This document shows, one piece after another, positions 23,101-30,493 of a stretch of DNA of 64,000 nucleotides; position 1 is the stretch's first letter, and each line of letters begins with the position of its first letter. The translations under genes and the position numbers were made by a program. Source of the DNA: a virus; the IMG/VR virus record IMGVR_UViG_3300047481_001036; one strand, written 5' to 3'. The notes beneath the pieces are model-generated. The model made no database searches and was not told where the DNA came from. It saw only the letters and a program-made list of their open reading frames with translations.

Positions 23101-26100
23101 CTTTATTGCGAGTATCAGCAAATTGATCATTAAATACTTCACTATTATCTTTAATATTTTCTTGTAATCTAGTCTTAACCAAATTTTGTAAATCAACATT
23201 ATTTACATCTTTAGATAAATTATCCAAAGCCTTCCCTAATGCTTCAGCAGAATTTTCTGCTTTTCTATTAGACTCTCTTAATGCAAATTCCAAAGCGGCT
23301 TCTGTAGCAGCTTTGACTCCATCGGTCCATGCTTTTATAGCAGTAACACCTAGTACCATCGCTGCTATGAATGGACCAACCCCTGGTATAGCCGTTAAAG
23401 AGCTGGCCGTTGCTAATCCTGTGGCAACGGTAGATGTTCCGGCCTCGAATGCTGCAACTCTTGATGCATTATTAATATTAGCATCTTTCTTACCAAAAAA
23501 GCTTTCACCTTGACCAGCTAACATACCAACTGCCATACTACCGTAAAAGCCAACGTTACCACCAACCACACCTCTCATTCCCCTACTAAAACCTGATTGA
23601 TCAAGCTTAGACATAGCCATTTGAGCTTTATTCATAGCTGCTCTGGTATTGTCCATAGCTCTAGATAATAAAGATGAGCTTTGTTCAGCTGTTTTTGTTC
23701 GTCTATATAAACCACCCCAAGCATCTGCAACCTGTCTTTCCGCCGCAGATAGTGCTTCTTGCATAGATATACTATTATCTATGGATCGAATTTGTTTAGC
23801 TATAGCTAATGCTTGTTTCCTTTGAGCGTCAGCAACAGAATTAGCTGCTTTTTGATCTCCTGTTTCAGCAGCTCTCATAGTTGTAAAGTCTGCTTGCGTA
23901 ACTTGATCTTTTGCCTGAGCATATGCGGTATCAAAACCTACCGAAGGATTGATAGCTATAATATCTTTAATTATTTTATCCATCAACTGTTCTACAGCAG
24001 CCTCTAATGCTTTCTCCGTTTTTGCCGATACCGGATCAAAAGATCCAACAGCCTCAGCCATTTTTTCTGGTGTTCCACCCTTAGCAAAACGCTGAACAAC
24101 ACCTCCTTTATTAAATCCTTGAATTTTATCTGCTCTATTTAATGTATGTAGTCTAGCAGATCCTATTCGTTGTGCTGCTTTTTTATTTATAACAAATTCG
24201 CCAGGAGTTAATAATGCTGGTACAGTATCCTCAACACTTCCTCCTACAGCATACTTGATAGAATTGTCATATTTTGGATTAAATTTAGCATCTACTGGTC
24301 CTTTGAGCATATTAGCTAGTGCTAATTGATTAGCAGTAGCTCTAGGAGTTTCAGGAGTAATAGCGCTTAATAGACTAGCAGGATTCATTCTTAGTCCTGC
24401 TTTATTTTTCTTTCTCTGAATGCTTTGTGCTAAATAAGTTTTAAACTCATCCATACTAAAATCATTAGTATTAGCAAATTTTACCAACTCATTAAATTCT
24501 GGGTTGGATAATCCACTTCCTTTTTGCAGATCATAGACTGATCCGCCTAATTTAAATCTTTGTACTAAGCCTCCTTCTGCAAATTGTGAACGACCAAGTT
24601 TTTTTCGTGCTTCTAATCGGCCTCTATCAAATTGACCTTTTGTTACTTTCCTTTTAGCATTATCCATAGAAGCCATATTAGTTACGTCTGTCATAACACC
24701 AGGATCAACACCTAGTAATGAAGCAACTGGACTACTAAGACCTCCTAAAAAGTCTATAGAACTTGATGAAGGATCGTAATTGCCACTAGCTAGTCCTAAG
24801 CCTTTTTCAAAAATAGATCCGGCTATATCTTCTAAATCTTTACCGGCTATATTACGCAAAGTTTTACGATTAGGTTGTATAGAGGTGCCTGCGGCTTTTG
24901 CTATCTGTCTGCCAACATCATTCACTAATCTTTCTACATTATTACGAATTAGTGCTTGTACTCTTTTAGCTACTCCAGGAGGCAGTGATCCTGTTTGTAG
25001 TGTGGCAGGAACCGCTCTTACAGAAGCTCCGGTTTCTTTATCTGTAGCGCCAACAGTCTTAACTTCTGAAGATGATCGTTCTCCTGATATTCCAACAACT
25101 GCTATTTTTCTATTTTGTGCGATAGCACTATCTACTGCCGCTGACTGTTGCTCACTAGACATAGCATCAACAATAGACTGTATAAAAGACTGTTTAGTAG
25201 CTGACTCTAAAGAGGATAATGGGGTTTTACTACTTGCTCTTTTACCTAATATATCATATATATTAACTGGCTTAGCGATACCATACTTAGAAGCTAATCC
25301 CAATAGTTCGGATCTGCCTTTGGACGCTACTTCGGCGAAACCTCCAACAGATAATTTTTGAATAAAGCCGCCTAAATTTTTACGTTGAACATCAGTAAAA
25401 TCTAATGCATATTTGTCTGGTTCTGCTTGTGCTAATCTAGCTAATATCTCATACGGCCTAAATGATCCTATGCTTTTAATCTTTTGTTTTTTTGCTCTTA
25501 GTTCTTGTAGTGCTTCTACTTGGGTGGCATATTCCGGATCTGTCTGTGCTCGTTTAGTATCTATTCTCTTAATTCCTAACTTATCTATTTCTTTATCAAT
25601 ATCTTGTAAAGATACAGCTTCTGTTTTTTGTGATTCTGATATAATTTCTGGTAATACATTAGATCTATTTTGTAATTTACTTAAATTTTTAAGTATAATA
25701 CCATAAACACCAGGAGACAAGACTTCTTTTAATTTTCCTGTTTGACCAGAAAGAATAAGATCTCTGACCATAGTACCACTAATACCACCAGTTCTTTCTA
25801 TATTGGCTACTCCGTATCCTGCGGCTTTATATTTTTCTGTTTGTTCTGCTGTCTTATCTGCTACGAAAGCTTTGCTTCCCTTTTGGGGCAATAGTACTTT
25901 ACGACGGCCACTACCAGGATCTGTAATATCAAACGCTTGTGGTACTTCAAAATCTCTAGGCTTAGGCAATACTCTAGCTCCCCTAGTACCAGCACCAGCT
26001 TTAGCCAACATAACTCTAAAGTCTTGATCAAATACTGCTGTTCTATAACTAGATGGATCACCACTTTTAATACCTTCATTAGATCCGACTAAATATAGAA

Positions 26101-29100
26101 AATCTTCTGGCGGAATACCCATAGCAGCCGCGGCATCCATAATACTTTCATGGCCAGCTGTCATTGGAGAAAAACTACCCCAAGTGAAACCTATTTTTTT
26201 CTTTATGGTTTCTACTAATTCATTTCCTTTTTTACGTCTTAGTCTACCAGAAGTTGATCTACCAAGAACTACAGATTTTTTACCTAATGCATCTCCTAGT
26301 AAAGCCTCTCCTACAGCAGTGTCTGCTGATACCCCTGTAGTAGTTCCAGGCTTACGTCCTTCTAATCCAACTCCAGTAGTATCTCTAGCACTTCTCTGAG
26401 ATCTTACTCGTTCTCTTTCTGCTGAAGTAGTACTACTCAACGTATATGCTCTATCTACGCTAGATAAGTAGTCATCCATTTTAGACTTAGAAACACTGCT
26501 ACTCAATATCAAAACTTCGGTAGCTTTTGAAACATCTTCAGGACTTAAGATAGGAAATCTTTCTGTTTGTCTTAATTTCCCTTTGTCTGTACCTTGTCCG
26601 CGAGCTAATGTAGTTTTTCCAGAACCAGCTACCCCATAAACTGCGCTTAGTTTGTTTAAACTATTAGCTTTACGCGATCTAACAGCTAATTGAGTTAAAT
26701 AATCAGCATATAATCTAGGGCCAGTAGTACCAGAAGATTTCATCCCGGCTTCAACAATATTTTTATTAGCTTCATTAGCTATAACATCATAATCTATATA
26801 CCCAACCCGTCTCTGTACCGAGCCTCCTACAGCAAATTTCTGTCGAGATCTTTTAGCCTCTAATTGTCCTGCTTTAAATTGTTCTATAAATTTTCGTTTC
26901 TCTACCTCATCAGTCTCATAAACTAATGCTTCTCCTAAGTCAATAGCTCTAGGGCCAGCATCTCTTTTCTGAGTAAATTTCCATGTATTTTTAGGTTGTA
27001 ATAATTTATGTCTTAATTTTTTACTTAATATATGTTGATAACTAACTGGTCTATCTGTAAACTTAACTTCTGCAAAATCTCCATCACTACTATATAAATC
27101 TAAAGGATAACTACCTCCATAATCTTTATTGGAACTAGTAGTTTTCCATTGTTTACCTAATCTTTTAGTCATTAAATTTTCAAAAGCTGTTCCCCAAACA
27201 TTTTTATTTAGATTCTCTATGCTTCCTTTAAATCTTTTTTCTCCAGGCTTGAATCGATTGGGATTAAGACTTTGCTTAAATAAGTATTTTTTGTCGGCTT
27301 CTGATAGTGAAATTTTTTGTCTTTTTTCGGTAGCAAATACCTCGTCAGCATACTGAATAATATCTGAATTATCTCTTTGTGCTTTCTTTATAAATGATCC
27401 GCCTTTACTAGATTCAGATAGTTTTTTAATAGAAACTTTTCCTCCTCCAGCATATTTGTTCATTCTATGCAATCTATTCATTCCTATAGCTTGAACAGCT
27501 TTTTTTCTAATCACAAACTCTCCGGGTTCTAACATAGCTGGAACAGTATCGCCATCTCCTACTCCTGGTACCACACCACCGCGAGCAAATTTCTTGATAT
27601 ATCCACCAGAATTTACTTTTTGTTTTTTGCCGAACCCTCCAATAAATCCAGCAGTAAATTGTGTCAGAGCGGACGCTCCTTTAAATGCTCCTAAAACTCC
27701 TAAAACCGGAATAATACCTTTAATACTATCTGCAACTTTAATCATAGCACTAGTTAAATCTAGTGCTCCTCGTATCATAGTTTGAAAACCTTTTGAATTA
27801 CCAATCTCTCTAAACAAAGCAAAAAATTCTTCTTTTACTTTAGTAATTTTATTAGCTAAAGATTCTTGTGCTTTAGCAGCATCCAAGGCTAACGATCCTT
27901 GGCCTCTTTGTGCTACTTTTAAGGCTTCTTGTGCAGTTGTGAATTGTTGAATAAGAGGAATAACCTTACCAATCTGTCTAAAACCACCTAATTCTTCTAC
28001 AATTTGTGAGAATTTCAAATCTCTAGGATCTAGCTTACTAAGTCCACTAGACAATAGTTCTACAGCCTTATAGGCTCCTACGAATTTACCCTCTGCATCT
28101 GTAAGATCTACTCCGAATTGCTTAAGAGCATTTATTGTAGCTCCTCGTTGTAAACGAGTAAAAATGGTTCTTAAGCCTGTAGCAATAGTCTCTGCGCTTT
28201 CACGAGTAGTAGCTCGTACACTAGTAAATACAGAAATAAATTCATTTAGCGCATCTGTTCCTTCAGACACTCCTTTACTGGCAGCGGCAAACACACCACC
28301 AGTACGCTGAATAGCAGTAATAATATCACTAGACTCTACTGCAAACTGAGCTGCTACTGAATTAACTGAGCCTAGGGCTTTTTCTAAATCTCCTGCGCTA
28401 ATACCAAACTGTCTCATTAATGCAATACTGCCTTCTACAGTTTGATTCATATCATCGAAAGATGGAGTCAAAGAACTTAGTGCCAGAGCCTTAAGTGCTT
28501 TTTCTGTATCTCTAGCACTTAAACCAGCCTGTGCTAATGTTGAAGCTACCTCTGTAATATCAGATGAAGCAACACCTAGTCCTGTAGACAGACCAGTTAT
28601 AGTATCAGACAATCCTTTTAGTCCTGCGGCAGATTGACCTGTGACTTGTTGTAGTTTTACAAATTGTTTGTCATATTCAATAAAAGCTTGAATACCTGAT
28701 GTAATGGCATTAGTAACACCGAAAATAACACTAGTGACACCGGTAAATGCAGCAAATCTACGAACAGCCAGATAAGCCTGTTTACCGAATTCTTGCATCT
28801 CTGTTGTAGCGCCAGCTAGACTATTGCCGCTATTTGCCGCTGTACTATTTAATTTATTGATACTAGCAACTGTAGCGTTAATTTGTTGAGGCACATTTTT
28901 GATATTTACGCTATTAATAGCGGAACCAAATGATCTAATGGCTCTAGCAGCATTGGTAGCATTAGTTGTAGTGGATCCTAATGTAGTATTAAGATTACGT
29001 AAAGCAGAATTAAGTGCTGATGTATTTCTAACAGCTGTTGGATCTAGACGAAACTGCACATTAGCATTAATCGTTCCAAGATCTCGTCTAATATCAGCAA

Positions 29101-29167
29101 CAATCTTCTTAACATTAGATGGTCCTCTAAGATTAAGTTGTGCTGTTAAGTTAAAAGCCTGTGCCAT
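14114..29167 (-). CDS. Giant tail tape measure protein (5017 aa) with inserted enzyme-like domains
   Basis: TP901-type TMP core in first ~500 aa; lies after tail tubes/chaperones; 5 DTVPAxLxPGEFV motifs; P-loop, HIGH-type, PD-(D/E)XK and HPD motifs. Confidence 0.9.
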   Translation of the reverse strand: MAQAFNLTAQLNLRGPSNVKKIVADIRRDLGTINANVQFRLDPTAVRNTSALNSALRNLNTTLGSTTTNATNAARAIRSFGSAINSVNIKNVPQQINATVASINKLNSTAANSGNSLAGATTEMQEFGKQAYLAVRRFAAFTGVTSVIFGVTNAITSGIQAFIEYDKQFVKLQQVTGQSAAGLKGLSDTITGLSTGLGVASSDITEVASTLAQAGLSARDTEKALKALALSSLTPSFDDMNQTVEGSIALMRQFGISAGDLEKALGSVNSVAAQFAVESSDIITAIQRTGGVFAAASKGVSEGTDALNEFISVFTSVRATTRESAETIATGLRTIFTRLQRGATINALKQFGVDLTDAEGKFVGAYKAVELLSSGLSKLDPRDLKFSQIVEELGGFRQIGKVIPLIQQFTTAQEALKVAQRGQGSLALDAAKAQESLANKITKVKEEFFALFREIGNSKGFQTMIRGALDLTSAMIKVADSIKGIIPVLGVLGAFKGASALTQFTAGFIGGFGKKQKVNSGGYIKKFARGGVVPGVGDGDTVPAMLEPGEFVIRKKAVQAIGMNRLHRMNKYAGGGKVSIKKLSESSKGGSFIKKAQRDNSDIIQYADEVFATEKRQKISLSEADKKYLFKQSLNPNRFKPGEKRFKGSIENLNKNVWGTAFENLMTKRLGKQWKTTSSNKDYGGSYPLDLYSSDGDFAEVKFTDRPVSYQHILSKKLRHKLLQPKNTWKFTQKRDAGPRAIDLGEALVYETDEVEKRKFIEQFKAGQLEAKRSRQKFAVGGSVQRRVGYIDYDVIANEANKNIVEAGMKSSGTTGPRLYADYLTQLAVRSRKANSLNKLSAVYGVAGSGKTTLARGQGTDKGKLRQTERFPILSPEDVSKATEVLILSSSVSKSKMDDYLSSVDRAYTLSSTTSAERERVRSQRSARDTTGVGLEGRKPGTTTGVSADTAVGEALLGDALGKKSVVLGRSTSGRLRRKKGNELVETIKKKIGFTWGSFSPMTAGHESIMDAAAAMGIPPEDFLYLVGSNEGIKSGDPSSYRTAVFDQDFRVMLAKAGAGTRGARVLPKPRDFEVPQAFDITDPGSGRRKVLLPQKGSKAFVADKTAEQTEKYKAAGYGVANIERTGGISGTMVRDLILSGQTGKLKEVLSPGVYGIILKNLSKLQNRSNVLPEIISESQKTEAVSLQDIDKEIDKLGIKRIDTKRAQTDPEYATQVEALQELRAKKQKIKSIGSFRPYEILARLAQAEPDKYALDFTDVQRKNLGGFIQKLSVGGFAEVASKGRSELLGLASKYGIAKPVNIYDILGKRASSKTPLSSLESATKQSFIQSIVDAMSSEQQSAAVDSAIAQNRKIAVVGISGERSSSEVKTVGATDKETGASVRAVPATLQTGSLPPGVAKRVQALIRNNVERLVNDVGRQIAKAAGTSIQPNRKTLRNIAGKDLEDIAGSIFEKGLGLASGNYDPSSSSIDFLGGLSSPVASLLGVDPGVMTDVTNMASMDNAKRKVTKGQFDRGRLEARKKLGRSQFAEGGLVQRFKLGGSVYDLQKGSGLSNPEFNELVKFANTNDFSMDEFKTYLAQSIQRKKNKAGLRMNPASLLSAITPETPRATANQLALANMLKGPVDAKFNPKYDNSIKYAVGGSVEDTVPALLTPGEFVINKKAAQRIGSARLHTLNRADKIQGFNKGGVVQRFAKGGTPEKMAEAVGSFDPVSAKTEKALEAAVEQLMDKIIKDIIAINPSVGFDTAYAQAKDQVTQADFTTMRAAETGDQKAANSVADAQRKQALAIAKQIRSIDNSISMQEALSAAERQVADAWGGLYRRTKTAEQSSSLLSRAMDNTRAAMNKAQMAMSKLDQSGFSRGMRGVVGGNVGFYGSMAVGMLAGQGESFFGKKDANINNASRVAAFEAGTSTVATGLATASSLTAIPGVGPFIAAMVLGVTAIKAWTDGVKAATEAALEFALRESNRKAENSAEALGKALDNLSKDVNNVDLQNLVKTRLQENIKDNSEVFNDQFADTRNKVIERTKSERTLMEWAGESSFIAPLLGYGDTTFKPESINSFSLTGKDYETMAKDMAPKYQEANRAAMMSIERALRSGVALSGQEGKDLATAPEYANERMAIIGSDRQALEKILPLMAREEELRKSGNEAAADEVKANREAIISEMIKNNASIQAAKKSIELAKAMEEANRAGRQLALSFNQLYDTIGQSINRIQFESKARQQAAQSSVNALRGNASIEQLDSKAINVLENPLAYKNDPKAFREAADSAANMLGGKQGQMLRGAAIASVELPDKMTNAIAQELKGNAGLSPEEAAKIAITKGTEEIKSLNLPPEITNQLIKQLEGNIKSSQQQLSKDMEESGGNPQEALDKFIESIRDTSKSLGEIGARAVSESAALLKERQRAFNQFIENVQEAAKAAKLAENYFKSADKIRYRGKMDLREAQTGVGESFEEAKARFDQEVGDLTGGITDPTAIRQNIQNLEQQRQQQQEDLKKANDAGDVDEAKKLTTNLTATNTALNNNREALDKLADSAELAQKALDEVKNIKGLQQGREDFVNKLLTGTPEEMENLNKAMIRLQRNLSGGLNNPDNQRDARKAFNETLRRTGSVREASKAGNTVLANQRKETLGLMQDPGFRAMLTLNMKNQGMSDQQIDQRFRQQEATLMRQMAVESGMSRNPMVQQAIAAKLDPNADPAMKRAAEQFLQTVGLQAKATEEQGRLELANAQRLLTTATDDLNLSIKNLTDTINANMGLDGKVANAKQNAAGQEMVALNFGLPRPSQPMRASKGALVDFSPRGSDTVPAMLTPGEFVVNARSTAQHLPLLKSINSGSNIVPTIMRKGGLVYLSRGGWLANSLRKDKTLDQDQTFFDQRVTEANQAYLTGGGKEALKQQLDAAESAAGNADREYSFLSSDATTPEQAANDYVMNQDRIEWLNMSPEERQAKVAPFMDQARSAFNTKQTWRYGADPDNLGAGALSQEQIDKNIQDRREQSIKASNQAYSLRKQYEEREAKGMDYRTPSQQLEADKLSVRRSLEEDRQIATGEKTLTPEDMEVRRAASGRADGIATEEQVDSYIRQRRDQAEAAAKAADTEMGARRLNNTRELVDQRFNFAFNQGMGKTYTTRDGATYIADPTGMFRDKSGKKIDGSIRAEQIYKDPSDINKYESSAYNLEAMRFGNEGPYKNIGYSERRTTRPISIDGIPGAEEVTTTSAMNLSLSPASPIARNEAAINAHMEEARPIVRAMNTPMTDRDRRRLASSMRSQGASNEQINQTLATIPVMRGPRNMAEVGMYREGVARGMTIDEIAFERQQAYLNRYNPKIREGLENELLSSGTLREPSQRQRASILEIIQQIQSVLDSGQNTSSYSDAQLQNALRILMSIVAAKAERNRIWGIDSLKSDTVYASTGKLIDFAPKGTDTVPAMLTPGEFVVNARSTAQHLPLLKAINSGSDAMVSKTMSKGGVVYLASGGQPKKEEQVANNGVSPADQQELVRLQNERIAADQEQMFITNGAMVDTSARQWTEEQFGSKWSSMTEEQQNAETQKNLPRFQQLDQDYTARRDAYVAEKGKADEATGLWSSDRFTSEHRLSFFRQERDRSQAAYAAASQAEYDQQTKMREASKDEKSSTTMPPTADGSRPATMPQYAPTSSSESATALSRTSIASRDAARRSLANIPQAQRTPDQQNRYLQLKYEDDLAKGRISSSITADQFVEQEKQKQYARDDKRFDVLSKKDPDSLSQADSDFLFDYETQQRDRRKAVIAEVKQREEAFGKTLSDAERAAENNTKTLDRAKTTAEAYKTSVQYGIDQKNLSKIEEQRQTAQFENFLSTNMEAGIKDTAALGKFWAEQQEGVVKQEEKDRLALKYEKDASEFIKKNTDAKTGEFNEEFKQQRQAQKDEAKKRDTTVAALINEDFGQQLGAAQKDINDKVFTFVDPVDSRLSEDNITQIKNQAAAYRQAADNLAGIKNVDSTKTIEEYRNQAAKLEERAASFTSSTKTQAALDQTKGSIVRSNESLASTVRQNTLNAAMADKSIDKYASDKDAAAKAEAQAAAAQQAAEQKAAQAKADAEKRQAEQAAAQQAKVAQEAKAKQDSLWINSSNPLTAGLGYLGGLGQATGEMAYGAANVVAGAATVAASPVIGYFAGNSAEEVARGEKLAAQTRAIQEKQAAMGVLGPQGSDQNAALAQAQASDYKGESSTAAAASVGLNAMAQGAYTAVEAAQAVAGQGPIMTGDKTWLHQGDDERVQQAGPYGGATRFFQNTGYVASQLAPAVAGLTNPAPGAGILEKSARAFSALDNLATSPGTVTSFAGKALGSIGNRVTGGRLSSFTAPVSDMLSSGLGFIRGKAAKGVKSMADTDFGKDMIGTFNAVKDSVFLRGPARADIDVAYGNIGSIDDYFDSARKSIAGGKLSPEAAMKYHRKEILEKAMKMREADMAKAKMYSQLTGGDPTKVSEVLRSQKGIRGLGTKEDPFTVPPRSGQVVSDSSTKAQLDSMRQPGGVNYNPPTGTVGDPFFATGKVDSVASSTNPTRSSAKTSSDDLVDPLQANAARARAKEAAESAETQKKATRAAESAKTAKKEAEQRAESIAKQKSLDEQRIKAEQLKQQQASEAKQRAEAATKQKQIEEAQLKQAQENKLKQQQEASAAKAKEQAQINASSSSPKQENRTRESLISQLSEKQATIYDIVGAKAGQSISPDDVRTLQRQGSKWLHPDLPSNRELDPSLQTKLNKIIELASDPAALERYNLGLKMGYTHDDLMEAWIRGTKFSKKTLKRRRPDINPSPAAKMNKGGIVYANNGALIAARQGTDTVPAMLTPGEFVVNRQAAQQHMPVLNAINNGYYNRGGIVQYLANGGLVSPPKYYQEGGQVTNTGSANSGVSTDIGNAINAAMAGLSNIVGQISQVKEVASMFNEAIGNFGSIGQTVVDGMTGASSNLAQVGTELNQFAPEVKFTGRVETDHRFNGLEAANNVLNTLGPTMAENTKNQMNNAFQRVNKGVGNLDAGVFGPDSSKIMGMA

Positions 29168-29197
29168 AATATTTTATATGTCCTTTAAGCTATTTAT

Positions 29198-29244
29198 AAA
29201 AAAAATACTCCCAGCATAGAACTTATATCTATACTGGGAATATT
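29198..29244 (-). terminator. Intrinsic terminator-like hairpin just upstream of the TMP gene
   Basis: Minus strand AATATTCCCAGTATAGA-loop-TCTATGCTGGGAGTATT running into a T tract. Confidence 0.65.
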
Positions 29245-29272
29245 GTTATATAATCCAACCAAGTAAAAGTTA

Positions 29273-30172
29273 TTAAGAGACTGAGGGATTAGGCGAAGCG
29301 GGAGCGTCTGCGACCACTGGCTTATCTTCTGGCTCTGGTTTACTTTCTTGTGGTTTAACGTCATTGGTTTTGTCTTCTTCTAAGATAACGGGATTTCCAT
29401 TTTCATCTAAAAAGGGCTCTGGCTCAACAACATAATCCCCTTCGGCATTAACTCTGTTACCATACTTATCCACAAAATTGCCATGCTCATCGATAAATCG
29501 TCCGCTTTCATCTATAAGTCTACCCTCTACGTCAATTAATCTTCCCTTCTTATCTACGAATCGCAGTTTATCATCAACAAATTTATATTTCTTTAAAAAT
29601 CTGTTTTCTGGCAAATTCGACTCATAGTCATTATCCAATCCATATAGCATGTTGGCCAAATTTTGAGCACCCAATATAGCTACCGTATCAGATGACCTGT
29701 TTAGGTAGTCTTCCATATTATTAAAATACGGCTGTTTAGTATCATTATACACCACACATACACTAACTAAATAATTAAATCTAGCATTATCAGCTTGACC
29801 TTCTGCACTATGATTATCTAAACTAGTTCTGACACTAATGAGATCTCGAATTTCGTCTCGAATGCTCTTCATTTTAACAGCAAGGTCTTTGGCTTCATTA
29901 AGACTAAAACCACCCTTAGCGAGCCTTTTTTCGCCGTCCAATAAATCCTTTTGCAGAGAGGTGAATCTGGCTTGCTTTTCATCGTTCCATAGCCCCTGAT
30001 CTTGTAGTAGATCGTCTAGTTTAGCCCTAACAACGCTTTTACTCTTTACGGCATCCGTAAAGGCCTGATTATAGATCTTTTGGGCCTCTCTTTGATCGTT
30101 TAGTGATGGGGTCTTAACTAAAAATTCTCTTTCTACATTATCAACTGTGGCCTTAAACGTTTTGGTTTTCAT
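29273..30172 (-). CDS. Probable tail assembly chaperone
   Basis: 299 aa, immediately upstream of TMP; C-terminal 7-aa (R/N)(F/L)(V/I)DxxG repeats. Confidence 0.55.
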   Translation of the reverse strand: MKTKTFKATVDNVEREFLVKTPSLNDQREAQKIYNQAFTDAVKSKSVVRAKLDDLLQDQGLWNDEKQARFTSLQKDLLDGEKRLAKGGFSLNEAKDLAVKMKSIRDEIRDLISVRTSLDNHSAEGQADNARFNYLVSVCVVYNDTKQPYFNNMEDYLNRSSDTVAILGAQNLANMLYGLDNDYESNLPENRFLKKYKFVDDKLRFVDKKGRLIDVEGRLIDESGRFIDEHGNFVDKYGNRVNAEGDYVVEPEPFLDENGNPVILEEDKTNDVKPQESKPEPEDKPVVADAPASPNPSVS

Positions 30173-30456
30173 TAGTTCTCTCCTTGGTCCTTATTGTTAA
30201 ACTTATAAGTATACTTGGTTTTATATTGGTTAAATAATATCTTAGATAACTCATCCAATGCTGATCTCATTTGTCTATTGCCATTATTAAGTATAGAGTT
30301 ACGGGTGTATTCCCATAGATCAATATATTCTTGTTGATCTGGACCTTCCTCTTCCCATAAGTGGCCAAAAGACTCTTCAAATCTGGCTAATGCCCCAATC
30401 ATAGTTGTTTTAAATTTTGTTTCTATTTCAGCTAGAAGTTGATTATTGTAGTGCAT
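30172..30456 (-). CDS. Hypothetical protein
   Basis: 94-aa ORF, stop/start overlap with next gene. Confidence 0.6.
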   Translation of the reverse strand: MHYNNQLLAEIETKFKTTMIGALARFEESFGHLWEEEGPDQQEYIDLWEYTRNSILNNGNRQMRSALDELSKILFNQYKTKYTYKFNNKDQGEN

Positions 30457-30493
30457 TATGATCCCATGCCTTTTCTATATAATAGATAATAAT

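Noticed and set aside
14114-29167. Inteins explaining TMP size
   Set aside because: No C/S...HN-C/S/T splice junctions or LAGLIDADG motifs recognised at insert boundaries
14382-29219. Many plus-strand ORFs within the TMP (e.g. Cys-rich 14970-15662)
   Set aside because: Antisense shadows of Ala/Gln/Lys-rich coding sequence; no RBS or motifs
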